Source: Dermatophilaceae bacterium
GTDB taxonomy: Bacteria > Actinomycetota > Actinomycetes > Actinomycetales > Dermatophilaceae
Length of the DNA stretch: 64,000 bases
NCBI GenBank assembly: GCA_036834825.1
Contig: DAITND010000001.1
Span: 3,309 to 67,308, forward strand
Reading direction: 5' to 3'
Made by a program: the position numbers and the translations under genes. Of the stretch, positions 16,519-26,902 are shown one piece after another. The notes below the pieces were generated by a model, which did not search any database, had not been told where the DNA came from, and was given only the letters and a program-made list of their open reading frames with translations. Position 1 is the first letter of the stretch. Each line of letters opens with the position of its first letter.

Positions 16519-18323
16519 GCGGGGCTGCTGCCCGACAGCCGGACGGCTCCGGCATCGAGTCCGGCCTCTACCTGGGGACGTGGGCGACCCTTCGACGAGG
16601 CCTTGAGCTTTCACCCGAGCTCCGCCGGGGCATCGGCGTCACAATGATGCTGGCCCTGCTCTCGACGGTCGGCAGGGTCGTCGTGCCCTTCGTCGTACAG
16701 CAGACGACCGACCGGGGAATCCTGGCTGCGTCGGGGGCTGACCTCGGGGTGGTCGTTCGACTCGTTCTACTTGCCGCCTGTGGCGTTGGGCTCACGGCGG
16801 TGACGTCGTATTTCGTCAACGTGCGTTTGTTCCGTGCCTCCGAAAGCGGTCTGGCGACGTTGCGGATCATCGCTTTCCGGCATATTCATGACCTCTCGAT
16901 ACTCACCCAGAACACCGAGCGACGCGGCTCTCTGGTCTCGCGAGTCACCAGTGACGTCGACACCATCTCGATGTTCGTGCAGTTCGGCGGGCTGATGCTC
17001 ATCGTGTCCCTGGGCCAGCTGGTCCTTGCGACGGCGCTGATGTTCTTCTACAGCCCAGCGCTGGCCGCGATCGTGTGGGTCTGCTTCGTTCCCCTCTTCT
17101 TCTTGATCCGCCGGTTCCAGGGCATCGTCGGTGCGGCGTTCACCCTGATGCGCGAGCGGGTCGGCGAGCTGCTCGCAGCCGTGTCGGAGTCGGTGGTCGG
17201 CGCTGCCACGATCCGCGCCTACGGGGTCGAGGAGCGTACCGCCGCGCGCATCGATGTCGCGATCGAGAACCATCGCCGCGCAGCGGTGTCGGCCCAGGTC
17301 AAGGCGACGTCTGCCTTTACGTCAGGCCAGCTCGTCTCGGGTCTTACGACGGCGGTCGTCATCGTGGTCGGCACCGTCCTGGCAGTCCACGGGCAGCTGA
17401 GCCTTGGTGAGCTTCTCGCCTTCCTGTTCCTGGTGCAGTTGTTCACCCAGCCTGTCCAGACCGCAACCGAGATCCTCAACGAGATGCAGAATGCGGTGGC
17501 GGGGTGGCGCCGCGTCCTCGCGGTGATCGACACGCCCGCGGATGTGGCCGATCCAGCTGACAAGGGGCAGTCCCTGCCACGTGGCCCGATCACAGTGGTC
17601 TTCGACGGCGTCGGGTTCGCCTACCCAGGCGGTGCACCGGTGCTCCACGAGATCGACCTCCGGATCGCCCCTGGATCTCGGGTTGCCATCGTCGGAGAGA
17701 CCGGCTCGGGCAAGACGACCCTGGCCAAGCTGCTCACCCGCCTGATGGACCCGACCGTGGGCGGGGTGCAGATCGATGGCGTCGACCTGCGCGACGTGCG
17801 ATTCTCCTCCCTGCGCAGCCGGGTGGTTCTCGTGCCACAGGAGGGCTTTCTCTTTGATGCGTCGTTGCTGGACAACATCCGCTTCGGCAAGCCGGTTGCA
17901 TCCGTCGATGATGTGCGACTGGCCCTGACCGAGCTCGGACTCGACACCTGGCTGAGCGATCTCCCGCAAGGCCTGCTGACCCCGGTCGGTCAGCGAGGGG
18001 AGTCCCTGTCAGCAGGTGAGCGGCAGCTGGTGGCTCTGACCCGGGCCTATCTGGCCGACCCTGATCTTCTCGTCCTGGACGAAGCCACCTCGGCGGTCGA
18101 CCCGGCGACCGAGGTAAGGGTCCAGCGAGCGCTGGACAGTCTGACCCGCGGACGTACCTCGATCGCGATCGCCCACCGACTCTCGACCGCTGAGGCTGCC
18201 GACGAGGTCATCGTGGTGGACAAGGGTCGCCTGGTGGAGCGCGGAACACACGGTGAGCTCGTGAGCGCGGGAGGCGTCTACTCGGGTTTGCATGCTTCAT
18301 GGATGGCCCAGCACACGCTCTGA
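16515..18323 (+). CDS. ABC transporter, fused permease/ATPase (exporter half 2)
   Basis: The ATGA overlaps the preceding gene. Motifs GETGSGKTTLAKL, LSAGERQLVALTRA and LLVLDEATSAVD are present. Confidence 0.9.
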   Translation: MSGAAARQPDGSGIESGLYLGTWATLRRGLELSPELRRGIGVTMMLALLSTVGRVVVPFVVQQTTDRGILAASGADLGVVVRLVLLAACGVGLTAVTSYFVNVRLFRASESGLATLRIIAFRHIHDLSILTQNTERRGSLVSRVTSDVDTISMFVQFGGLMLIVSLGQLVLATALMFFYSPALAAIVWVCFVPLFFLIRRFQGIVGAAFTLMRERVGELLAAVSESVVGAATIRAYGVEERTAARIDVAIENHRRAAVSAQVKATSAFTSGQLVSGLTTAVVIVVGTVLAVHGQLSLGELLAFLFLVQLFTQPVQTATEILNEMQNAVAGWRRVLAVIDTPADVADPADKGQSLPRGPITVVFDGVGFAYPGGAPVLHEIDLRIAPGSRVAIVGETGSGKTTLAKLLTRLMDPTVGGVQIDGVDLRDVRFSSLRSRVVLVPQEGFLFDASLLDNIRFGKPVASVDDVRLALTELGLDTWLSDLPQGLLTPVGQRGESLSAGERQLVALTRAYLADPDLLVLDEATSAVDPATEVRVQRALDSLTRGRTSIAIAHRLSTAEAADEVIVVDKGRLVERGTHGELVSAGGVYSGLHASWMAQHTL

Positions 18324-18743
18324 TCAGGGCGCCTCGACGATCGAGACACCGAGCAGCACGGCGCATAACGCGCTGACCAGGCCGACGGCCGCCCACAATC
18401 CTTTGAGAGCGGGGTTCTTCACAAAGGTGTGTAGTGCGGCACCGACTCCGGACAGGACGACGAAGACCATCTTGACCATCATGGTGGTCTGGTAAGCATC
18501 GCTCTTGTCGCCGGCTGCGGCGAGCAACCAGGTGCCCGTCACGACGAGCACTGCGTACGCCGGCCAGGCCACCCAGGCAAACGTACGCGCCGCCGGGGCG
18601 ATCGCGGCGGGGGCCGTCCGGCGCAGCGGTCCCGTCAGTGCTGCCAGGACGATCTGGCCGCCCACCCAGATGGTCGCAGCCAGCACGTGGAGGGTCAGGC
18701 GGACTACGGCGAGGTCGATTGTCAGCACCCCTGTATCCAACAC
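18324..18743 (-). CDS. Small integral membrane protein (four helices, CopD-like motif)
   Basis: LHVLAATIWVGGQIVLAAL plus three more hydrophobic helices. The stop abuts the ABC gene stop. Family assignment is tentative. Confidence 0.45.
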   Translation of the reverse strand: MLDTGVLTIDLAVVRLTLHVLAATIWVGGQIVLAALTGPLRRTAPAAIAPAARTFAWVAWPAYAVLVVTGTWLLAAAGDKSDAYQTTMMVKMVFVVLSGVGAALHTFVKNPALKGLWAAVGLVSALCAVLLGVSIVEAP

Positions 18744-18792
18744 TGGTGGATCTGGTGGGTTCGCCTAGGGGTTCGCACGGCAGAATGAGCAT

Positions 18793-19209
18793 GTGACCCC
18801 GATATCCTCTCCGTCCGCCCTCCGAGCCGAGGTCGCCGTTCGCCTGAAGCGCAACGCCGACGGTCTCGTGTGTGCCGTGGTGCAGCAGCACGACAGCGGT
18901 GAGGTGCTCATGGTCGGCTGGATGGACGACGAGGCACTTCATCGCACGCTGACATCAGGACGGGTGACGTTCTGGTCCCGCAGCCGCGGTGAGTACTGGC
19001 GCAAGGGCGACACCTCAGGCCACGTGCAATACGTCAAGACAGTCGCGCTGGACTGCGACGGTGACGCATTGCTCGTTCGTGTCGACCAGATCGGCGCGGC
19101 GTGCCATACCGGTGCACGCACCTGCTTCAATGGCCACGATCTGGGCGCGGTCCAGGGACATTCCGAATTTGAGGCATATTCAGCCAGTGAGCCGTCGCCG
19201 GATGAGTGA
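18793..19209 (+). CDS. hisI: Phosphoribosyl-AMP cyclohydrolase
   Basis: [85 protein letters not shown]. Confidence 0.92.
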   Translation: MTPISSPSALRAEVAVRLKRNADGLVCAVVQQHDSGEVLMVGWMDDEALHRTLTSGRVTFWSRSRGEYWRKGDTSGHVQYVKTVALDCDGDALLVRVDQIGAACHTGARTCFNGHDLGAVQGHSEFEAYSASEPSPDE

Positions 19210-20776
19210 GCCTATCCAGACCCCTGACGCGCAAAGCCACACGTCCGGCAGTGCGCCCAGCCTTGGCTACGGCGTGACGTGGCCCTCTCTGGACACGTTC
19301 ACCAAGCTGGCCCGCGCTCGCCGGGTCATCCCGGTGGTCCGCAGGTTGCTCGCCGACGCCGAGACGCCGGTGGGTGTCTACCGCAAGCTGGCCAAGAATG
19401 CGCCGGGCACCTTCCTGCTGGAATCTGCCGAGCATGGGGGAGTGTGGTCGCGTTACTCCATCGTGGGCGCCGCGTGCGGCGCCGTGCTGACCGAGAAAGA
19501 CGGCCTCACCCACTGGATCGGCGACCCGCCAGTGGGAGTCCCAACCGGCGGCAACCCGCTGGAAGCATTGCGTGACACCGTCGCCGCGCTCGCAACCGAC
19601 CCGATCCCGGGTCTGCCACCGTTGACCGGTGGCATGGTCGGGACCATCACCTATGACGCCGTCCGCCGCTGGGAAAGGGTCCCCGACACCACGGCCGACG
19701 AACTGCATCTGCCTGAGCTCGCCATGATGCTGGCCACGGATCTGGCGATTCTGGATCACTCCGACGGGTCCCTGCTGCTGGTGGCGAACGCCGTCAACTA
19801 CGACGCGACCGACGAGCGGGTGCAGGGCGCCTGGACCGACGCGGTCAGCCGGCTGGACGGGATGACCGCTGACCTGGCTGCCGCGGCTCCCAGCACAGTG
19901 GCGGTCATCGAGGCGACCGCGCCGCAGTCCTCCAGCAACCACACCCCTGAACAGTTCTACGCCATGGTCGAGGCCGGCAAAGAGGCCATCCGCGATGGCG
20001 AGGTCTTCCAGGTCGTGCTCTCGCAACGGTTCGCGATGGACTGCCCCGCAGACGCCCTCGATGTCTATCGGGTCCTTCGCGCGTCGAACCCGAGTCCATA
20101 CATGTACCTCCTGAGGCTCCCGGCACCCGATGGCACGGCATACGACGTCGTGGGCTCGAGTCCCGAGGCGCTGGTCAAGGTGACCGGACGGCGGGCGATC
20201 ACCCATCCGATCGCGGGCTCGAGGCCACGAGGCACCACGCCCGAGGCTGATGTCGCCAATGGCGAGGACCTGCTGGCCGACGCCAAGGAGCGTTCCGAGC
20301 ACGTCATGCTCGTCGACCTCTCGCGGAACGACCTTCAGCGGGTGTGTCATGCCGGCACCGTCGATGTGGTGGAGTTCATGACGATCCGGCGATACAGCCA
20401 CATCATGCATCTGGAGTCCACGGTTGTCGGTGACATCCGGCCCGATAAGAGCGCATACGACGTTCTCACGGCAACGTTCCCGGCCGGTACGCTCTCCGGG
20501 GCGCCCAAACCGCGCGCCATGGCTCTGATCGACGAGCTTGAGCCGAGTCGTCGAGGCATCTATGGCGGGGTCGTCGGATACCTCGACTTTCACGGAGACC
20601 TTGACATGGCCATCGCGATCCGTACCGCAGTGATCAAAGATGGACGGGCGTACGTGCAGGCCGGCGGGGGAATCGTCGCCGACTCGGTACCTCGTCTGGA
20701 GTTCGAGGAGAGCGTCAACAAGGCCGCCGCGGCCCTGCGAGCAGTTGCTGCGGCGTCTGGGCTGCGGTCGCCGTGA
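19202..20776 (+). CDS. trpE: Anthranilate synthase component I
   Basis: ATG 19202 overlaps the hisI end by 8 nt. [24 protein letters not shown]...[10 protein letters not shown]...[10 protein letters not shown]...GSSPEALV...[20 protein letters not shown]...[25 protein letters not shown]. Confidence 0.95.
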   Translation: MSEPIQTPDAQSHTSGSAPSLGYGVTWPSLDTFTKLARARRVIPVVRRLLADAETPVGVYRKLAKNAPGTFLLESAEHGGVWSRYSIVGAACGAVLTEKDGLTHWIGDPPVGVPTGGNPLEALRDTVAALATDPIPGLPPLTGGMVGTITYDAVRRWERVPDTTADELHLPELAMMLATDLAILDHSDGSLLLVANAVNYDATDERVQGAWTDAVSRLDGMTADLAAAAPSTVAVIEATAPQSSSNHTPEQFYAMVEAGKEAIRDGEVFQVVLSQRFAMDCPADALDVYRVLRASNPSPYMYLLRLPAPDGTAYDVVGSSPEALVKVTGRRAITHPIAGSRPRGTTPEADVANGEDLLADAKERSEHVMLVDLSRNDLQRVCHAGTVDVVEFMTIRRYSHIMHLESTVVGDIRPDKSAYDVLTATFPAGTLSGAPKPRAMALIDELEPSRRGIYGGVVGYLDFHGDLDMAIAIRTAVIKDGRAYVQAGGGIVADSVPRLEFEESVNKAAAALRAVAAASGLRSP

Positions 20777-21339
20777 TCGACCGGCTGACCAGCAAGCGGA
20801 CCGTCCTCGTCCTGGTACTGGCGGCCGCCTCAGTCGTTCTCGTGAGTGGTTCTCGCGAGTGGGTCTCGGGCTCGGTCGACGATGTCGTGCTCGGCGCCAG
20901 CGCGCTGCACGGTAGGGGTTCTGACATTGCCCCCGGTGCCCTGGCCGCCGCTTTGGTGGGCATGGCTTCCGCGGTGGCGGCAGCCACGTCCGGCAAGGTG
21001 GTGCGTATCGTCGCTGCGTGTTCAGCGTTGATGGCCGCCGTCCTGGGTACCACAGTGGTCATCTCGGTGCTGGTCGACCCCAGTGGGGCGCTGGGCAGGC
21101 TGGCGGCCGCCGGCACTGCTCGTAGCGGGACACTGCCCGCCCACGGGCACGTCGGAAGCTGGGCGTGGGTTGCGTTTGCCGCGATGCTCGTCATGGGGCT
21201 CGGTGGCCTGGGCGCGTTGGTCGGCGGACGACGCTGGCACGGACCCTCCAGCAGGTATGAAGCCAGCGAGCCGGCAGCCGCACCGGCGTCGGCCTGGGAC
21301 CGGCTCTCCCGTGGCGAGGACCCCACCGCCGGCCACTGA
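20773..21339 (+). CDS. Trp-operon-associated membrane protein (TIGR02234-like)
   Basis: GTGA overlap with trpE. It is hydrophobic, with an Ala/Gly-rich region and an ...RRWHGPSSRYE tail. It occupies the same position as Rv1610 in M. tuberculosis. Confidence 0.7.
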   Translation: MIDRLTSKRTVLVLVLAAASVVLVSGSREWVSGSVDDVVLGASALHGRGSDIAPGALAAALVGMASAVAAATSGKVVRIVAACSALMAAVLGTTVVISVLVDPSGALGRLAAAGTARSGTLPAHGHVGSWAWVAFAAMLVMGLGGLGALVGGRRWHGPSSRYEASEPAAAPASAWDRLSRGEDPTAGH

Positions 21340-21498
21340 GGCAGGAGGCCGAAGGCGAAGTAGTGAGCCCCGGTTCTCAGTCATTGGGGTTCCTGCCGTC
21401 GGCCGGCGCTGACAGTATGACCTCCAAGCCGCAAGAACAGCATGATGAGCAGACACACTCGCTGAGTTCAATGAGCGCCCTATTGAGGAGAAGACCCC

Positions 21499-21726
21499 AT
21501 GACAGAGCACCGGGACGGCCAGAGCACGGCAGCCTGGACCGCCGTCGCGATTTTGTTGCTGGCCACGTTCCTGATCAGTCTGGCTATCGTGATGGCAAAC
21601 TGGCCCATGGCCATAGTCGGCATCGTTCTGGTTGTCGTCGGTGCGGCTGCCGGCAAGCTCCTGGCCATGGCCGGCTTCGGTGAGAGCAAGCCGGAGCGGT
21701 CACCCAAGAGCACTCAAGCTCGCTGA
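21499..21726 (+). CDS. HGxxPAAW-like small membrane protein
   Basis: MTEHRDGQSTAAWTAVAILLLATFLISLAIV... has two TM helices. A gaggag RBS lies upstream. This is the usual position between trpE and trpC in actinobacteria. Confidence 0.6.
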   Translation: MTEHRDGQSTAAWTAVAILLLATFLISLAIVMANWPMAIVGIVLVVVGAAAGKLLAMAGFGESKPERSPKSTQAR

Positions 21727-21781
21727 TGGCCCCAAGGGGGCCGGTTCGGTGCAATCACCGGCTCGCCGATAGCCTTATGAG

Positions 21782-22597
21782 GTGCCCACAGTCCTCGACG
21801 AGATCATCGACGGCGTTCGTGAGGACCTCGCAATTCGGACGGCCCTCGTCCCGCTGGATGAACTGAAGTCCCGCGCGCAGCGGGTTGCGCCGGCCTACGA
21901 CGCCTACGCGGCTCTGCGTGGCGGCAAGGGCATCAAGGTGATCGCCGAGGTCAAGCGCTCCAGCCCGAGCAAGGGCGCCCTGGCGATCATCGCCGACCCG
22001 GCGGGGCTCGCCGCCGACTATGCCGCCGGCGGGGCCAGTGTCATCAGCGTCTTGACTGAGCGCCGCCGTTTCGGGGGCAGCCTCGAGGACTTGGCGGCGG
22101 TGCGCGCCGCCGTCGACATCCCCGTGCTGCGTAAGGACTTCATGGTCTCCTCCTACCAGCTGTGGGAGGCGCGCGCCTACGGCGCCGACGTCATCCTGCT
22201 GATCGTCGCGGCTCTCGACCAACCCACCCTGGTCGGCCTGCGTGAGCGGGCCGAGTCCCTCGGGATGACGTCGTTGGTTGAGGTCCATGACGAGGCCGAG
22301 ACCGAGCGTGCGATCGATGCCGGTGCTCGCGTCATCGGCATCAATGCCCGAAACCTCAAGACTCTGGAAGTCGACCGCGGCACCTTTGCGCGACTGGCCC
22401 CTCGCATCCCCCAGGGGATCGTCAAGGTTGCTGAGTCCGGCGTCCGCGGACCACATGACGTGCTCGAATATGCCCGGGTCGGTGCTTCTGTAGTGCTCGT
22501 GGGCGAGAGCCTGGTCATCGGTGGTCGCCCCCGTGAAGCCGTAGCCGCTCTCGTGGCCGCGGGTACCCATCCAGCGTTGCGCCAGCAGGGAGTCTGA
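21782..22597 (+). CDS. trpC: Indole-3-glycerol phosphate synthase
   Basis: [14 protein letters not shown]...[17 protein letters not shown]...[17 protein letters not shown]...[29 protein letters not shown]. Confidence 0.95.
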   Translation: MPTVLDEIIDGVREDLAIRTALVPLDELKSRAQRVAPAYDAYAALRGGKGIKVIAEVKRSSPSKGALAIIADPAGLAADYAAGGASVISVLTERRRFGGSLEDLAAVRAAVDIPVLRKDFMVSSYQLWEARAYGADVILLIVAALDQPTLVGLRERAESLGMTSLVEVHDEAETERAIDAGARVIGINARNLKTLEVDRGTFARLAPRIPQGIVKVAESGVRGPHDVLEYARVGASVVLVGESLVIGGRPREAVAALVAAGTHPALRQQGV

Positions 22598-23856
22598 TGA
22601 ACAACCAGTCCAGCCGGGCTCCAGCCGGCGCCCGCGCCGGCCGCTTCGGCGCGTATGGCGGTCGTTACGTGCCCGAGGCACTCATGGCTGCCCTTGAGCA
22701 GCTTGACGAGGCACGACTCAAGGCCAAGGTCGACCCGGCCTTCCAGGGTGAGCTCGAGCGGCTGCACCGCACCTACACCGGTCGTCCGAGCATCATCACC
22801 GAGGCTCCGAAATTCGCTGAGCATGCCGGGGGCGCCCGCATCCTGCTCAAGCGTGAGGACCTCAACCACACCGGCTCGCACAAGATCAACAATGCGCTCG
22901 GCCAGGCCCTGCTGGCCAAACAAATGGGCAAGACGCGCATCATCGCCGAGACCGGCGCAGGTCAGCACGGTGTGGCAAGTGCCACTGTGGCCGCCCTGAT
23001 GGGCCTTGAGTGCGTCGTCTACATGGGTACGAAGGACACGCGGCGTCAGGCACTGAATGTGGCTCGGATGCAGCTGTTGGGCGCCGAGGTGATCCCGGTG
23101 GACCATGGCAGCGCGACCCTCAAGGACGCCATCAACGAGGCGATGCGCGACTGGGTCACCAACGTCGAGACCACCCACTATGTGATCGGCACCGTCACCG
23201 GCCCGCACCCGTTCCCCGAGATGGTGCGTGACTTCCAGCGCATCATCGGTGTCGAGGCGCGGGCCCAGGTGCTTGACCTCGTCGGGCGTCTGCCTGATGC
23301 TGTGTGCGCCTGCGTTGGCGGGGGCTCCAACGCGATGGGCATTTTCCACCGTTTCATCGACGACGCGTCCGTCCGCCTGATCGGGTTCGAGGCCGGTGGC
23401 CAGGGTGTTGACACCGACAAGCACGCGGCCCGTTTCAGCACCGGGCTGCCCGGGGTCCTGCACGGGGCGTTCACCTACGTTCTTCAGGACGAGGACGGAC
23501 AGACCTTGGAGTCCTACTCCGTCTCGGCCGGGCTGGACTACCCCAGCGTCGGGCCCGAGCACTCGTTCCTGCGGGAGAGCGGCCGGGCCGAGTATCGCCC
23601 GATCACCGACACCGAGGCCATGGACGCTTTCTCGCTGCTGTGCCGCAGCGAGGGAATCATCCCCGCCATCGAGAGTGCCCATGCGCTTGCAGGCGCCCTA
23701 GAGATCGGGCGTGAGCTCGGTCCGGGCGCCGTGATCCTGGTCAACTTGTCAGGTCGCGGCGACAAGGATGTCGACACGGCAGCCCGTTGGTTCGGATTGC
23801 TTGGAGATGAAAGGCCGCAGTCAGAGGGACAGTCAGAGGGGTTGGAGCAGCAGTGA
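22597..23856 (+). CDS. trpB: Tryptophan synthase beta chain
   Basis: TGATG overlap with trp[17 protein letters not shown]...[29 protein letters not shown]...[10 protein letters not shown]... Confidence 0.96.
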   Translation: MNNQSSRAPAGARAGRFGAYGGRYVPEALMAALEQLDEARLKAKVDPAFQGELERLHRTYTGRPSIITEAPKFAEHAGGARILLKREDLNHTGSHKINNALGQALLAKQMGKTRIIAETGAGQHGVASATVAALMGLECVVYMGTKDTRRQALNVARMQLLGAEVIPVDHGSATLKDAINEAMRDWVTNVETTHYVIGTVTGPHPFPEMVRDFQRIIGVEARAQVLDLVGRLPDAVCACVGGGSNAMGIFHRFIDDASVRLIGFEAGGQGVDTDKHAARFSTGLPGVLHGAFTYVLQDEDGQTLESYSVSAGLDYPSVGPEHSFLRESGRAEYRPITDTEAMDAFSLLCRSEGIIPAIESAHALAGALEIGRELGPGAVILVNLSGRGDKDVDTAARWFGLLGDERPQSEGQSEGLEQQ

Positions 23857-24653
23857 GCGGTGTCGGAGAAGTCCTGGCCAAGACCAGGGCACAGGGCCGG
23901 GCAGCGCTGGTGGGGTATCTGCCCGTCGGGTTCCCGGACGTGCAGGGATCCATCGATGCCATGGTCGCCATGGTCGAGGCCGGCGTCGACATCGTCGAGA
24001 TTGGCATTCCCTACACCGATCCGCTGATGGACGGCCCGGTCATTGCTCACGCCGCCGACGTCGCCCTTGCCCATGGGGCCCGGCTCAAGGACGTCTTCAC
24101 CGCGGTGCGGGCAGTGGCAGACGCCGGTGCTCCGGCGTTGGTCATGACCTACTGGAATCCCGTCCTGCGGTACGGCGTCGACCGGTTTGCCCAGGATTTG
24201 GCCAAGGCCGGCGGGGCGGGCCTGATCACCCCGGACCTCATTCCCGACGAAGGGGCCGAGTGGATGGCGGCTGCCGAGCGCAACGACCTGGACCACGTCT
24301 TCCTGGTAGCGCCCAGCTCCACCCCCCAGCGGCTCCGGAGCACGGCCTTGGCCTGCACCGGCTTCGTCTACGCGGCGTCGAGCATGGGAGTTACCGGGGC
24401 ACGCACGACGGTCGGCGACGCGGCGCAGGTGCTGGTCACCCGGACCCGCCTGATGACCGACCTGCCGATCTGTGTCGGACTCGGCGTCTCCACCGGTGCC
24501 CAGGCCGCGCAGGTTGCGGCCTTCTCCGACGGCGTGATCGTCGGCTCGGCGCTGGTGGGCTGCCTCACCGACGCCGGTTCCCGCGGCGATGCTCTGACCG
24601 CGATCCGCGAGCTCTGCGCCGAGCTGGCTGCCGGCGTCCGAAAAGGGCGCTGA
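23853..24653 (+). CDS. trpA: Tryptophan synthase alpha chain
   Basis: GTGA overlap with trp[48 protein letters not shown]... Confidence 0.95.
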   Translation: MSGVGEVLAKTRAQGRAALVGYLPVGFPDVQGSIDAMVAMVEAGVDIVEIGIPYTDPLMDGPVIAHAADVALAHGARLKDVFTAVRAVADAGAPALVMTYWNPVLRYGVDRFAQDLAKAGGAGLITPDLIPDEGAEWMAAAERNDLDHVFLVAPSSTPQRLRSTALACTGFVYAASSMGVTGARTTVGDAAQVLVTRTRLMTDLPICVGLGVSTGAQAAQVAAFSDGVIVGSALVGCLTDAGSRGDALTAIRELCAELAAGVRKGR

Positions 24654-24657
24654 GCTC

Positions 24658-25131
24658 ATGCGGCTGCGGGGCGCTGGCGCTGTGCCCGACGGCTTCGGTC
24701 TGCTGGCCCGACTGATCCTCGGGGTCGTCCTGGTCTGGGCAGGCACCTCCAAGGTGACCTCACCGGCGGTCTCGGCGCGGGCGGTGCGGGCCTACCAGAT
24801 CCTTCCCTACGACTTCGCGGGTTACGTGGGCTACGCCCTGCCCGTGGTCGAGATCCTCGTCGGCCTGCTCCTGGTCGTGGGCCTTTTCACCCCCGCCTCA
24901 GCCGCGGTGGGCGGCCTGCTGATGCTGGCTTTCATCTTCGGCATCAGCTGGGCCTGGGCCCACGGGTATTCCCTTGACTGCGGCTGTTTCGGCGGCGGGG
25001 GAACCATCGCGGCCTCTCAGACGCACTACCCAACGGAGATACTGCGCGACGTGGGATTGACAGCCTGCGCCGGGTGGCTCGTCGTTCGTCCTGCTACCTC
25101 ATACAGCCTCGATCATCGTCTGTTCGGATAA
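24658..25131 (+). CDS. MauE/DoxX-family membrane protein
   Basis: LLARLILGVVLVWAGTSKV...YALPVVEILVGLLLVVGLFT...GYSLDCGCFGGGG is the characteristic CGCFG motif. Confidence 0.7.
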   Translation: MRLRGAGAVPDGFGLLARLILGVVLVWAGTSKVTSPAVSARAVRAYQILPYDFAGYVGYALPVVEILVGLLLVVGLFTPASAAVGGLLMLAFIFGISWAWAHGYSLDCGCFGGGGTIAASQTHYPTEILRDVGLTACAGWLVVRPATSYSLDHRLFG

Positions 25132-25144
25132 GGAGACCTACCAG

Positions 25145-25891
25145 ATGCGTCCCGACGCCTCCAAGAAGATCGCCACAGTCACGCCGAAAAGCGGTCCCAA
25201 CCCGGTGCTCATCGGCGCGATCATTGCGGTCGTGGTGGTCGTGGCGGTGGTGGTGGCCATCGTGATCGGCAAGAACAGCCAGTCGGGCTCCTCAACGGGT
25301 GCCTCAGGTAATCCCACCCCGGTGGGTGTGGTCGGGGGCACCGGTGGCGGCATCCTGGCCAACCCCGCGACGGCCAAGGCCAGCGCGCCGACGATGGACC
25401 TCTATGAGGATTTCCAGTGCCCGATCTGTGGCGAGTTGGAGAAGGCGCTTGGGCCGCAGATTCGGACACTGGCAGACGCCGGCCAGATCAAGCTGGTCGT
25501 GCACATGATGTCCTTCCTGGACGGCAACCTGAGCAACGACTCCTCGACGCGGTCCGCCAACGCAGCAGCGTGCGCGGCCGACGCGGGCAAGTTCCTGCAG
25601 TACCACGCCGCCGTATTCGCGGGACTACCAGCCAAGGAGGGCGCCGGGTACACCGACGCCCAGCTCACGGCGTTCGCCCAGACCGCTGGGATCACCGGTC
25701 CCGCACTGACGACCTGGCAGAAGTGCGCCACGACCTCTCAGCACGCCCAGTACGTCACCGACGTGGAGACCGCTGCCGGGAAGGCTGGAGTGACCGGCAC
25801 CCCCACCGTGAAGCTCAACGGCACTGACATCAGCAAGACCCTGACGACCCCTGAGGCACTGGTCGCTGCGGTGAAGGGCGCCACGCGTTGA
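25145..25891 (+). CDS. DsbA-family thioredoxin-fold protein, membrane-anchored
   Basis: N-terminal TM helix; active-site motif DFQCPICGELEK; C-terminal GVTGTPTVKLNG. Confidence 0.8.
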   Translation: MRPDASKKIATVTPKSGPNPVLIGAIIAVVVVVAVVVAIVIGKNSQSGSSTGASGNPTPVGVVGGTGGGILANPATAKASAPTMDLYEDFQCPICGELEKALGPQIRTLADAGQIKLVVHMMSFLDGNLSNDSSTRSANAAACAADAGKFLQYHAAVFAGLPAKEGAGYTDAQLTAFAQTAGITGPALTTWQKCATTSQHAQYVTDVETAAGKAGVTGTPTVKLNGTDISKTLTTPEALVAAVKGATR

Positions 25892-26784
25892 TCGCATCCA
25901 TTCCCAGTCCCGGACAGTCGGTCTGGCACATCGGCCCGTTCCCCATCCGGGCGTACGCGATGTGCATTCTCGCGGGCATCGTCGTGGCGGTCTGGATCAC
26001 CCAGCGGCGGCTCAACCCCCGGGGGGGGAAGCCCGGTCAGGCGCTGGACGTGGCGGTGTGGGCTGTCCCGTTCGGGATCGTCGGTGGTCGGATCTATCAC
26101 GTGATCACGGACCCCGAGCTCTACTTCGCCGCGGGCAGGAACCCGTGGAATGCGTTCGCGATCTGGAATGGCGGACTAGGGATCTGGGGAGCCGTCGCGC
26201 TGGGCATTGTGGGGGCCTGGATCGGCTGTCGTCGTCACGGAGTTCGCCTCCTGGGCTACGCCGATGCGGCTGCCCCCGGGATAGTGCTTGCCCAGGCGAT
26301 CGGTCGCTGGGGCAACTACTTCAACCAGGAGCTGTTCGGTGGCCCCACCTCTCTACCGTGGGGGCTGGAGATCTCACCGGCTAACCGGCCCCCGGGGTAC
26401 ACGCAGTATGCGACCTTCCAGCCGACCTTCCTCTACGAGTCGTTGTGGTGCGTGCTTGTCGCCCTGGCTCTGGTGTTGGTCGACCGCCGGTTCACTCTTG
26501 CCAGGGGCCAGATATTCGCGCTCTACGGGATGCTCTACACGATCGGTCGCGGATTCATCGAGTTGTTGCGCACCGACCACGCCAACCACATCCTGGGGCT
26601 GCGGCTCAACGTCTGGACTTCGGTGATCGTCTTCGCTGGTTCGGCGTTCGCTTTCTGGCTCTTTGGCGCGAGGGCGAAGGGTGCTGACCAGCAGGGCAAT
26701 GGGTCGCCAGGACCAGCCACCGGCGAACCTGACGCGGGTGAGCCTGCCTCGGACAAGCCTCAGCCATCTCAGCATCCGGACTGA
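25888..26784 (+). CDS. lgt: Prolipoprotein diacylglyceryl transferase
   Basis: TTGA overlap with the preceding gene. GPFPIRAYAMCILAGIVVAVWI...GGRIYHVITD...WNGGLGIWGAV...AIGRWGNYFNQELFG. Confidence 0.9.
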   Translation: MIASIPSPGQSVWHIGPFPIRAYAMCILAGIVVAVWITQRRLNPRGGKPGQALDVAVWAVPFGIVGGRIYHVITDPELYFAAGRNPWNAFAIWNGGLGIWGAVALGIVGAWIGCRRHGVRLLGYADAAAPGIVLAQAIGRWGNYFNQELFGGPTSLPWGLEISPANRPPGYTQYATFQPTFLYESLWCVLVALALVLVDRRFTLARGQIFALYGMLYTIGRGFIELLRTDHANHILGLRLNVWTSVIVFAGSAFAFWLFGARAKGADQQGNGSPGPATGEPDAGEPASDKPQPSQHPD

Positions 26785-26902
26785 GGGGATCCGCCTGTAA
26801 GGATTTCGAGCTTTCCGGTATTCTGACAACTCCTCGCTGGCCAATGCCGTCCATGCAGGTTCTCCGGGGGGCTTCTCGAGACGTCAAGGACGGTATCTGA
26901 TC

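Noticed and set aside
26785-26902. Possible GlnR box (gTnAc-n6-GaAAc) upstream of gltB in ...gttgtcagaataccggaaagctcgaaatccttac... (reverse strand).
   Set aside because: Only partial half-site matches (GTCAG / GGAAAG / CGAAAT) with inconsistent spacing. This is not enough to call without a position-weight-matrix scan.
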